The notes beneath the pieces were generated by a model. The model saw only the letters and a program-made list of their open reading frames with translations. It made no database searches and was not told the DNA's origin. From positions 1-38,183 of the IMG/VR virus record IMGVR_UViG_2541047893_000009: a stretch of DNA of 38,183 bases. One strand, written 5' to 3'. Of this stretch, positions 19,388-26,886 are shown piece by piece (the stretch's first letter is position 1; every line of letters begins with the position of its first letter). Source of the stretch: a virus. Its lineage: Duplodnaviria; Heunggongvirae; Uroviricota; Caudoviricetes. The position numbers and the translations under genes were made by a program.

Positions 19388-19576
19388 TTATGCCGCATTT
19401 GACGTGGGTTTTAATCCCAGTTTTACGGCAATTTCATGGGCTTTGCCGTAACGAGCTTTGGTCTGTCCATTGAGAACACGATAGACCTCATTGCGGCTGT
19501 AGCCGTGTTCTTCGGCCCAGCGGGTAAACGTGATACCACGCTGACGGAAGAGATTTTTAACTTGTTCGGAAGTCAT
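19388..19576 (-). CDS. Ner-like/Cro-like small DNA-binding protein, first gene of the early operon
   Basis: 62-aa ORF divergent from the repressor gene; GYSRNEVYRVLNG...GKAHEIAVKLGLKP resembles the Ner family HTH and C-terminal pattern as recalled. Confidence 0.6.
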   Translation of the reverse strand: MTSEQVKNLFRQRGITFTRWAEEHGYSRNEVYRVLNGQTKARYGKAHEIAVKLGLKPTSNAA

Positions 19577-19626
19577 TGTTGTCTCCTTTGTTGATGCAAT
19601 GATGTTTGTTTTATATGTGATAGATT

Positions 19627-20088
19627 ATGAGAACTATTATTCTCATTGTCAATGAGGTTTATGTGAATTTTGATTCTCTTTGCGCGTCGCGGTTCAAAGC
19701 TGAGCGTTCGCGGTTATCACTCAAGCAGGCTGAAGTAGCAGCCCTTTGTGGCGTTTCAAGAGAAATGTGGGGGAAATATGAACGAGGGGTTGCTGTTCCC
19801 GGAGGTGAGTTACTTGCAGCCTTTGCAAGAATTGGGGCCAATGTACAGTTCATTCTTACCGGGGAGTCATCAGGTATAACTTTATCACGTGATGAAATGG
19901 AGTTACTGCAGCACTACCGGCAGGCACCATTACAGGTCAAAGGTTCAGTTTTGTCGGCCTTGACTACTGGCTCCTCCAGAGAACGGGCGGAACAGGTTAT
20001 TCATGGAGATGTTCTGGGGAATGTTATCAAAGGTAACGTAACCATAGGAACAGGTGGAATAATGAACAAAAATACCAAGAGAAGATGA
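19627..20088 (+). CDS. XRE-family HTH repressor (candidate prophage immunity repressor)
   Basis: HTH LSLKQAEVAALCGVSREMWGKYERG; divergent from the early operon. The true start is possibly the in-frame GTG at 19663, because the ATG-initiated N-terminus overlaps the operator-like palindrome. Confidence 0.75.
   Translation: MRTIILIVNEVYVNFDSLCASRFKAERSRLSLKQAEVAALCGVSREMWGKYERGVAVPGGELLAAFARIGANVQFILTGESSGITLSRDEMELLQHYRQAPLQVKGSVLSALTTGSSRERAEQVIHGDVLGNVIKGNVTIGTGGIMNKNTKRR
19642..19656. promoter_or_regulatory. Candidate operator: perfect 7-bp inverted repeat CTCATTG-t-CAATGAG in the divergent repressor / early-operon control region
   Basis: Palindrome read directly at 19642-19656, between the Ner-like start (19576) and the body of the repressor gene. 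Confidence 0.4.
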
Positions 20089-21071
20089 GTAAAGAGAAGC
20101 AAACAGTTAACGGGGATGTGGGTAACGTTGTCAGCGGTGATGTTACCATTCATAACTATTCTGCTGACATACTTCCTTCGGCCCAGCAACCAATTTCGTT
20201 GCTGCAAAAACGCGATTTACACAGATTGATGGATGAATTGGTTGATCTGGGGGAAAGTAAGCGCGAGCTATGGATGACGATCCACACGAAACTTAATACC
20301 AAAACAGTTAATGAAATGACTGCGGCTGATTATCATGGTGCGGTTGAGATCCTTCAGAGATATGCACAACAGATCCAGAATATGAAGGACTGTAATCTTC
20401 TGGTCAGCAAAATAATGGCGCTTACTGACCCTGGGTATCGTCTTGACCGTGACAGATACTGTCTGAAGCATTTCGGTACAACCCATCTTAAAGGCCTAGA
20501 CAAAGAGCAGTTGCAGGCTGTGTTTGGTTATTTTGATGATCTGCTGAATATTCGTGATGAGAGTAAAACTCTATCACCTCCATCGGAAAGCGGTGCAAAA
20601 TCAGTCGCAACTGTACCAACCAGAAGCCGGAAGCCTCATGTAGTAGTGTTGGGGGGAGTGTTAGTTCTTGTAGCAATATTTTTCGTGGGAATGATTGTGT
20701 TCGCTGGTAAATGGGGAAATGCCAAAGCAGTAGCTTCTACTGAAACCAGCGTTTTTAACATTAAAACCAACAATAAAATAATAGAAGATTCCATCCCCGC
20801 ACTGCGCAGCATGTTTCCAGGGTTAAATAAGTACTCAGATGATTTCCATTCGGTTTCAAGCTACAAGCAAAAAACGGGCTGGCATACCCTTAAATTTACT
20901 GTATCAGCAAAGGCATCCGTCCCCGAAAATTATAGTGTTAAGGGCAAGGTTTGTTACATTAACATAAGCCCTGATGGTAGTTATGCTCGGGTTTTGACTG
21001 CTCCATGTCGTTCACTGCTACTTGATCAGCAAAGCACTCCTGACAGTAAATACCGTTTTATTCTTAAATAG
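20085..21071 (+). CDS. Single-pass membrane protein of unknown function (328 aa), translationally coupled to the repressor
   Basis: Its ATG overlaps the repressor stop (ATGA); central TM helix HVVVLGGVLVLVAIFFVGMIVFAG; AT-rich; N-terminus shares a GDV-GNV-G-VTI motif with the repressor C-terminus. Confidence 0.6.
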   Translation: MSKEKQTVNGDVGNVVSGDVTIHNYSADILPSAQQPISLLQKRDLHRLMDELVDLGESKRELWMTIHTKLNTKTVNEMTAADYHGAVEILQRYAQQIQNMKDCNLLVSKIMALTDPGYRLDRDRYCLKHFGTTHLKGLDKEQLQAVFGYFDDLLNIRDESKTLSPPSESGAKSVATVPTRSRKPHVVVLGGVLVLVAIFFVGMIVFAGKWGNAKAVASTETSVFNIKTNNKIIEDSIPALRSMFPGLNKYSDDFHSVSSYKQKTGWHTLKFTVSAKASVPENYSVKGKVCYINISPDGSYARVLTAPCRSLLLDQQSTPDSKYRFILK

Positions 21072-21152
21072 AAAATAACAGCTGAATTACCATGGGATCA
21101 GAAAAAAGACAAAGGCGGCATCATGCTGCGTTCTGAAATTTTAATGTAAAAG

Positions 21153-21743
21153 GTGATGAACATGGCAGGGATTCAGGTTATCGCAGGAAGTTTTCCTAAA
21201 GGGTGGGCAAGCATGGGGTTCGGTACCATCGTGTTTGCCAAAAAACCAAAACAAGGCTTTCCTGAAAATATTGTATTAAATCTGAAAGAAGAGCTTTTAT
21301 CGATTGAACTTGCGGATAGTGAAGAGGAAAGCCGTATAGGTAAGGCGGCAGGCGCAGGTTTGCTTGGTGGATTAATCTTTGGTGGTGCAGGGTTGGTCAT
21401 TGGAGGTTTGCTTGGTGCGGCGGACAAGACGAAAAAAACTATCACTTTTAAGGCAATGTTTACGGGAAATAGGTTACTTCTGGCTAAAACAGATTCAAAA
21501 ACTTTTGTAAAACTTCAGTCAATTGCTGCTGATAATGCCCATAACGCATCTGTAATCAACATGAAGCAAACTAATAGGGGCGATGTTTCTTCTCGTAAAC
21601 AACTAACAGAAAATCCACAGCAGCAAGACTTACCTGCGCCCGCTACAACAGTAAAAATGACTGCCAAAGATAAGTTAGAATCGGCTCTTGGGCTGGGAAT
21701 CATCGTTATAGCTGTTTGGGCAATAATACACTTCTTTTTTTAG
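21153..21743 (+). CDS. Glycine-zipper membrane protein of unknown function (about 194 aa)
   Basis: AAGAGLLGGLIFGGAGLVIGGLLGAA glycine-zipper TM segment plus a C-terminal TM (LGLGIIVIAVWAIIHFFF); the likely start is the ATG at 21162 with AAGGTG upstream; followed by a terminator. Confidence 0.6.
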   Translation: MMNMAGIQVIAGSFPKGWASMGFGTIVFAKKPKQGFPENIVLNLKEELLSIELADSEEESRIGKAAGAGLLGGLIFGGAGLVIGGLLGAADKTKKTITFKAMFTGNRLLLAKTDSKTFVKLQSIAADNAHNASVINMKQTNRGDVSSRKQLTENPQQQDLPAPATTVKMTAKDKLESALGLGIIVIAVWAIIHFFF

Positions 21744-21744
21744 T

Positions 21745-21770
21745 GCAGCCCTTCAGGGCTGTTTCTGTTC
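21745..21770 (+). terminator. Rho-independent terminator (stem CAGCCC/GGGCTG, loop TTCA, then TTTCTGTTC)
   Basis: Hairpin read directly, 2 nt after the stop of the 21153-21743 gene. Confidence 0.6.
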
Positions 21771-21780
21771 AGGAGGTATC

Positions 21781-22257
21781 TTAAGGATTATCCGGGGCGT
21801 TTTCCTGTTTGCCGTACTTCGGAGACGAACAACATTCTGTTGGCTGACCGGTGAGTTTACGTAACTCCTTCATGAGCAGCTCCTGATCGTAAACTGTCAT
21901 CAGTGCCGCAATGGTGGCATGCAGTGCATCGGGCAGTATCCAGGGTTGCCGGCCCGTGGGGCATATAACATCCAGCAGCTCATTCGTCCGACAGATACGC
22001 TCCTCGCCGTATGACAACAGGCCCTGTCCCGTGTATTCCTCTAGCCTGATCACTGTGCCACCCCGTGGCTTCTGCCAGGTCGTCAGATCTTCGCCATTCA
22101 TACGGCGCTCATTCTCCACGTCAGCAGCATCGACAATGACGCTGTTTCCGAGTTCCTGTTTCACCATCTCTTCTATCCGCGCCAGTACGTAACTTTTACC
22201 GCTGCCCACAGGACCGGACACAGTGACAGTGATGACCGGATTCAGTGTGTGCGTCAT
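21781..22257 (-). CDS. Small P-loop NTPase/kinase-like protein (158 aa)
   Basis: Walker A VSGPVGSGKSYV and a possible Walker B SVIVDAAD; convergent with the repressor-linked operon and divergent from the late operon. Confidence 0.55.
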   Translation of the reverse strand: MTHTLNPVITVTVSGPVGSGKSYVLARIEEMVKQELGNSVIVDAADVENERRMNGEDLTTWQKPRGGTVIRLEEYTGQGLLSYGEERICRTNELLDVICPTGRQPWILPDALHATIAALMTVYDQELLMKELRKLTGQPTECCSSPKYGKQENAPDNP

Positions 22258-22387
22258 ATCGTATTCTCCTCTGTGAATAATTCATCGTTTATCCTGCACA
22301 TCCCGTATCCCCGGCTCTCTTAACGCGCTTTAAAATCCTTTGCGCCCTGTATTTGTGATGCTGTCTCCACCAAACGAGGAGACACAC
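22258..22387. promoter_or_regulatory. Divergent promoter region: likely Mor-dependent late promoter for the lysis/late operon and promoter of the P-loop gene
   Basis: 130-bp intergenic between divergent genes; inferred from Mu, where C-dependent late promoters precede lys; no motif confirmed. Confidence 0.3.
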
Positions 22388-22738
22388 ATGAAAAACCTGA
22401 AAAAATTCATTCCCCCTGTTAAAAAACCTCGCCTCAGCGGCTGGCTGCTGACCTCAGTGCTGTTGCTGGGCACCATCGCTCTGGTCTCACCACAGCAGCT
22501 GCCTGTTGTGATCTACAAGCTGGCACTCATCACGCTGGCAGCAGTGCTGGGTTACTGGCTTGACCGTTCGCTCTTCCCCAAAGCCCGTCCCGGTCAGTAC
22601 CTGAAACATGACGACAGGCTGATGGCTGAAGGGCGTTTCCCGGTACAGACCGGCCTTCACCTGGTGTTTTCTGCTGCGTTAATCCGCCGTGCACTGATTG
22701 TTGCAGCGGTCTGCCTGGCTGTTGCGATGGGGCTTTAA
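22388..22738 (+). CDS. Putative holin / multi-TM membrane protein (116 aa)
   Basis: ATG at 22388 with GAGGA SD; three hydrophobic segments; immediately upstream of the endolysin gene. Confidence 0.5.
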   Translation: MKNLKKFIPPVKKPRLSGWLLTSVLLLGTIALVSPQQLPVVIYKLALITLAAVLGYWLDRSLFPKARPGQYLKHDDRLMAEGRFPVQTGLHLVFSAALIRRALIVAAVCLAVAMGL

Positions 22739-22740
22739 TC

Positions 22741-23481
22741 ATGAACTGGCCGCAGATCACCTGGATTGTATGCATGTCCCTGAAACTGGCTTTCGAAGCC
22801 TTTCGGGTCTTCATCAGAACCGAACGCCTGTCAGTCCGCGCCGGGACCTTTCTGGTTCATATGGCATGGGTATTCTTTGTCGCAATGTTGCTCTGGTGTG
22901 GCGGCTTTTTCAGCCAGGCATGCGCAGCACAACCTCCGCAGGCTGCGCTGCAGTATCGCGATGATGTGATCCGTAATGCCCGGCTTGAATGGGGACTGTC
23001 TGCGCCGGTGGCCGATTTCGCCGCGCAACTGCATCAGGAAAGCGGCTGGCGACCTGATGCGATCTCGCCGGCTGGCGCTCAGGGACTGGCGCAGTTCATG
23101 CCTGCCACTGCCGACTGGATAAGCCAGTTGATACCGATGCTGAGCAGTCGTGAGCCGTTTAATCCGGCATGGGCTATCCGGGCGCTGGTCAGCTATGACC
23201 GCTGGCTGTGGCAGCGTGTCAGCGCCGCCAGTGACTGCGAGCGTATGGCCATGACACTGTCGGGCTATAACGGTGGTCTGGGCTGGGTACAACGGGACAG
23301 GCGGCTTGCATCACAGAAAGGTCTGGACAGCACCCGCTGGTTCGGACATGTCGCCACGGTGAATGCCGGACGCAATGCGGCCAGCTGGCGGGAGAACCGC
23401 CATTATCCGCAGCGCATCCTGCGCGAACTGGCACCGCGATATCTCACATGGGGAGGCAGCAGTTGTGTGGCATCTGATTAA
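22741..23481 (+). CDS. Endolysin, lytic transglycosylase (SLT domain), with a probable N-terminal signal or signal-anchor
   Basis: SLT signature AQLHQESGWRPDAISPAGAQGLAQFMPATA; hydrophobic MAWVFFVAMLLWCGGFF segment (alternative start at 22861). Confidence 0.8.
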   Translation: MNWPQITWIVCMSLKLAFEAFRVFIRTERLSVRAGTFLVHMAWVFFVAMLLWCGGFFSQACAAQPPQAALQYRDDVIRNARLEWGLSAPVADFAAQLHQESGWRPDAISPAGAQGLAQFMPATADWISQLIPMLSSREPFNPAWAIRALVSYDRWLWQRVSAASDCERMAMTLSGYNGGLGWVQRDRRLASQKGLDSTRWFGHVATVNAGRNAASWRENRHYPQRILRELAPRYLTWGGSSCVASD

Positions 23482-24115
23482 AAAGCTGCCGTGGCGCGGC
23501 ATTCTGCTGGCCATTCTTATCAATGCCTTTCTGGTCGGCCTGTATGCCATGGGATACAGAAGTGGTCATGACTCTGCAAAGCGTGACGGTGATACCGCGC
23601 TCAGTCAGTTGCAGTCAGCATTTGACGCGTACAAAACGGAGCAGGCAACGCTTGAGAATGCTGCGCTGCGGGCCTGGGCCAGACGGTATCAGGAGCAGGT
23701 GGCCGCCGGGCAGCGGGCTGAAGCCGGTTATCTTGAGCAGATTGCTCAACTGGAGAGCCGGAATAAACAACTACAGGGGCAAATTAACGATGTCACACAG
23801 CGCTGGATTGATGAAAAAGGTAAGAGCCATCCCATTGAGTGCGTGTTTACTCGCGGTTTCGTGCGCCAGTACAACGCCGCACTCGGATATGACAACGCAT
23901 CCGTCGACACCGGTCATTCAGACTCAGTTGCCGCCGCTGGCACCCGCTCTGGCACAGCGACCGGGCAACCTGAAACCACTGACACCCGGTTACGCGATTC
24001 GGGTGTCTCCCAGCGTGACGTTCTCGCCAACATCATCGACAACGCAGGACAATGTCGTCGCTGGCGGAACCAGATAAACGCGTTACTGGATGAACGGGAA
24101 GGATTACAGAAATGA
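23465..24115 (+). CDS. Rz-like inner-membrane spanin (i-spanin)
   Basis: Probable GTG start at 23465 overlapping the endolysin 3' end; N-terminal TM (ILLAILINAFLVGLYAMGY) then a coiled-coil-like region; the track ORF starts at 23363. Confidence 0.6.
   Translation: MWHLIKKLPWRGILLAILINAFLVGLYAMGYRSGHDSAKRDGDTALSQLQSAFDAYKTEQATLENAALRAWARRYQEQVAAGQRAEAGYLEQIAQLESRNKQLQGQINDVTQRWIDEKGKSHPIECVFTRGFVRQYNAALGYDNASVDTGHSDSVAAAGTRSGTATGQPETTDTRLRDSGVSQRDVLANIIDNAGQCRRWRNQINALLDEREGLQK
23811..24077 (+). CDS. Rz1-like outer-membrane lipoprotein spanin (o-spanin), fully embedded in the +1 frame of the Rz-like gene
   Basis: ATG at 23811 gives MKKVRAIPLSACLLAVSC... with a lipobox-like LAVSC and a proline-rich mature region. 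Confidence 0.6.
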   Translation: MKKVRAIPLSACLLAVSCASTTPHSDMTTHPSTPVIQTQLPPLAPALAQRPGNLKPLTPGYAIRVSPSVTFSPTSSTTQDNVVAGGTR

Positions 24116-24438
24116 CACTGCAGGTTGAATTCTGGACGGTGGTGAGTTTTCTGCTCACCTTCATGGGGTTTGTGGGAGGGCTCGCCAAATGGTTGTTCAG
24201 TAAAACAGAAGAACGCCAGGCGGCACGATTCGCCTCCCTTGAACAGGCCCTGCAACAATCCGCCTCCAACTGGGGCGAGCTGGAAAAAGAATTTATGCGA
24301 TTTAAAGCGGATTTACCGCTGAATTATGTCCGTCGAGAGGATTATATCCGTGGCCAGACAGTCATTGAGGCCAAACTGGACGCGCTTTATAACAAACTGG
24401 AAGTGGTACAGCAGTACCGCAATACCGGAGGTCAATAA
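24112..24438 (+). CDS. Small membrane protein (108 aa), post-lysis-cassette
   Basis: N-terminal TM FWTVVSFLLTFMGFVGGLA followed by a coiled-coil-like region; overlaps the Rz-like stop. Confidence 0.45.
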   Translation: MTLQVEFWTVVSFLLTFMGFVGGLAKWLFSKTEERQAARFASLEQALQQSASNWGELEKEFMRFKADLPLNYVRREDYIRGQTVIEAKLDALYNKLEVVQQYRNTGGQ

Positions 24439-24749
24439 TGGTCGATATTACCCGGGTACGCCGCGAATCCCTGCGCTGGAGTCTGCTGGTTGCCCTGAAC
24501 AAGACCCGCCCTTACACCGCCAGCGAGACGCTGCTGCTGGATGTGTCCCGTGCCATCTACCCGGACACCACACCGCTGGAACTGCGCCGCGAACTGGATT
24601 ATCTGGCTGACCGTAAAATGGTTGATCTGGAGAAAAAACCTTCTGGCGACTGGTTTGCTGACCTGACCCGCCTCGGCGTAGACCTGGTGGAATACACCGT
24701 GGAATGTGGTCCGGGTATTGCCCGCCCGGAAAAGTACTGGAGTGAATAA
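24438..24749 (+). CDS. Late-region hypothetical protein (103 aa)
   Basis: ORF tightly packed upstream of the terminase genes. Confidence 0.45.
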   Translation: MVDITRVRRESLRWSLLVALNKTRPYTASETLLLDVSRAIYPDTTPLELRRELDYLADRKMVDLEKKPSGDWFADLTRLGVDLVEYTVECGPGIARPEKYWSE

Positions 24750-25294
24750 TGGCCAGACGCAGCACAATAGAAAAGCTGCCGGAAGACGTGCGCCGCTGGC
24801 TTGAACGGGCGCTGACTGAATCCGGCTTCAGCGGGTATAACGAGCTGGAGTCCCTGCTGCGTGAGCGGGGGTACGTCATCAGCAAATCCGCTATCCATCG
24901 CTATGGACAGAAGATTGAGCGCCGCTATGGTGCTATCCGTGCGGCAACAGAAGCGGCCCGCATGCTGATCGAAGGCGCAGCAGACGATCAGGATGCGCGT
25001 TCGGAGGCTGTGATAGCCCTTATTCAGACCGAGCTGTTCGAGAGTATTGTCCAGTTGCAGGAGGCGGAAGAAGGCGAAGTCGATCCTAAAGAACGCGTGG
25101 CCCTGCTGTCGAAGGTGGCGAAGAATGTGGCTACGCTGTCCCGCGCGTCCGTCAACCTCAAAAAGTTCCAGTCTGAAGTACGGGCCAGAGCGCAGCAGGC
25201 AGCCAGCAACGCCGAGAAAATTGCCCGTAAGGGGGGACTGTCAAGCGACGCAGTACAGGCGCTTCGTCGCGAGATTCTGGGGATTGCCACATGA
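24749..25294 (+). CDS. Terminase small subunit candidate (Mu gp27-like, DUF3486)
   Basis: 181-aa ORF directly upstream of and overlapping the large terminase; N-terminus MARRSTIEKLPEDVRRWLERAL...GFSGYNELESLL recalled as Mu gp27-like. Confidence 0.6.
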   Translation: MARRSTIEKLPEDVRRWLERALTESGFSGYNELESLLRERGYVISKSAIHRYGQKIERRYGAIRAATEAARMLIEGAADDQDARSEAVIALIQTELFESIVQLQEAEEGEVDPKERVALLSKVAKNVATLSRASVNLKKFQSEVRARAQQAASNAEKIARKGGLSSDAVQALRREILGIAT

Positions 25295-26886
25295 CAAAAT
25301 CATCCGGAGTGATTTTAAACGCCGCTGGCGGCGGCCCCGAAGGGATGAGTCCCATGGACGGGAGGAATAACCTTGCTCCCGTTTTGCCTGATACCTCGGC
25401 GCTGGATGCCCCTCCCGTTCTGTTGCCTTACCAGCAGCGCTGGGTGGCAGACACCTCTCCGCTTAAGGTGATAGAAAAGAGCCGTCGTACCGGTATTACA
25501 TGGGCTGAGGCATCCGATAACGTACTGACCGCCGCCTCTTCTGCGCCAGCAGGCGGGATGAATGTGTATTACATCGCTTATAACCAGGACATGACCGTCG
25601 AATACATTCAGGCGTGTGCGATGTGGGCACGGGCATTCAACTATGCGGCCAGTGAAATTGAAGAAGGATTCTGGGAAGAGGACGACGACGACAAACACAT
25701 CAAGACTTACACCATCAAATTTCCTGACTCCGGCTTTCGTATTGTTGCGCTCTCCAGCCGCCCGTCTAACCTGCGTGGCCGTCAGGGTATTATTGTTATC
25801 GACGAAGCGGCGTTCCATGAGCAACTGGACGAACTGCTGAAAGCGGCGCTGGCGATGCTTATCTGGGGGGGAAAGGTACGCGTTATCTCCACCCATGACG
25901 GTGACGACAATCCGTTCAATACGCTTATCGGGGATATCCGTGCCGGACGTCAGGGAGGCAGCATACATCGCATCACTTTCCGGGAAGCCGTATCTGAGGG
26001 GCTGTTCCGGCGCGTCTGTCTGCGCACCGGGAAGGAATGGTCGGAGGCATCCGAGCAAGCCTGGATGGCATCGGTGTACAAATTCTACGGTGCCGGCGCA
26101 TCCGAAGAGCTTGACTGTATTCCGGCCAACGGTGGCGGTGCCTGGCTGTCCCGTGCCCTGATAGAGTCCCGCATGTCCGCTGATACGCCGGTATTGCGTC
26201 TGACCTGCAAGGAAGGTTATGAACTGCTGTCTGATGAGGTTCGCTTCCGCGAGACGCAGGACTGGCTTGATGAGTATCTGAAACCCTTGCTGGAGGCACT
26301 CCCCACTGATGCCCGCTCTTTCCTGGGGCGCGACTTTGGCCGTAGCGGTGATTTGTCGGTGGACTATCCCCTGCTGCAGGAGAAGAACCTGGTACGACGC
26401 GTGCCATTCGTACTGGAGCTGCGTAACGTGCCGTTCAGACAGCAGGAGCAAATCACCTGGTATCTGATGGATGGCCTGCCCGGTCTGCTGGGTGCAGCGT
26501 TTGATGCCCGTGGTAATGGTGCCTATCTGGCTGAATACGCCATGCAGCGCTACGGCTCCAGCCGGGTTCAGCAGGTGATGCCAACCGAAGGCTGGTACCG
26601 GGAGCATATGCCTCCGGTCAAAGCTGCACTGGAAGACGGTAACCTGGTGGACTTACCAAAGGATGAAGACACACTGGATGACCTGCGGGCCGTTCAGGTG
26701 GTGAACGGTGTCCCCCGCGTACCGGAGCAACGCTCAAAAGCAAAGGCTGACGGTGGTAAACGCCACGGGGATTCAGCCATCGCACTGGCGCTGGCGTATT
26801 TCGCCAGCCGTGAAATTAACAAAGGGCCGGTGAAGGCAAGCTCACGCCGTCGTCGTCAGGCGGCCCGTATGCTGGAGGGATTCTGA
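25291..26886 (+). CDS. Terminase large subunit (Mu gp28-like)
   Basis: 531-aa ORF with an ATPase region (KSRRTGITWAEAS) and a nuclease-type C-terminus; position upstream of portal. Confidence 0.85.
   Translation: MTKSSGVILNAAGGGPEGMSPMDGRNNLAPVLPDTSALDAPPVLLPYQQRWVADTSPLKVIEKSRRTGITWAEASDNVLTAASSAPAGGMNVYYIAYNQDMTVEYIQACAMWARAFNYAASEIEEGFWEEDDDDKHIKTYTIKFPDSGFRIVALSSRPSNLRGRQGIIVIDEAAFHEQLDELLKAALAMLIWGGKVRVISTHDGDDNPFNTLIGDIRAGRQGGSIHRITFREAVSEGLFRRVCLRTGKEWSEASEQAWMASVYKFYGAGASEELDCIPANGGGAWLSRALIESRMSADTPVLRLTCKEGYELLSDEVRFRETQDWLDEYLKPLLEALPTDARSFLGRDFGRSGDLSVDYPLLQEKNLVRRVPFVLELRNVPFRQQEQITWYLMDGLPGLLGAAFDARGNGAYLAEYAMQRYGSSRVQQVMPTEGWYREHMPPVKAALEDGNLVDLPKDEDTLDDLRAVQVVNGVPRVPEQRSKAKADGGKRHGDSAIALALAYFASREINKGPVKASSRRRRQAARMLEGF

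Noticed and set aside
25315-26607. 430-aa minus-strand ORF inside the large terminase gene
   Set aside because: Antisense to a confidently identified terminase; long spurious open frames are expected in GC-rich phage DNA; no start or RBS context and implausible composition.
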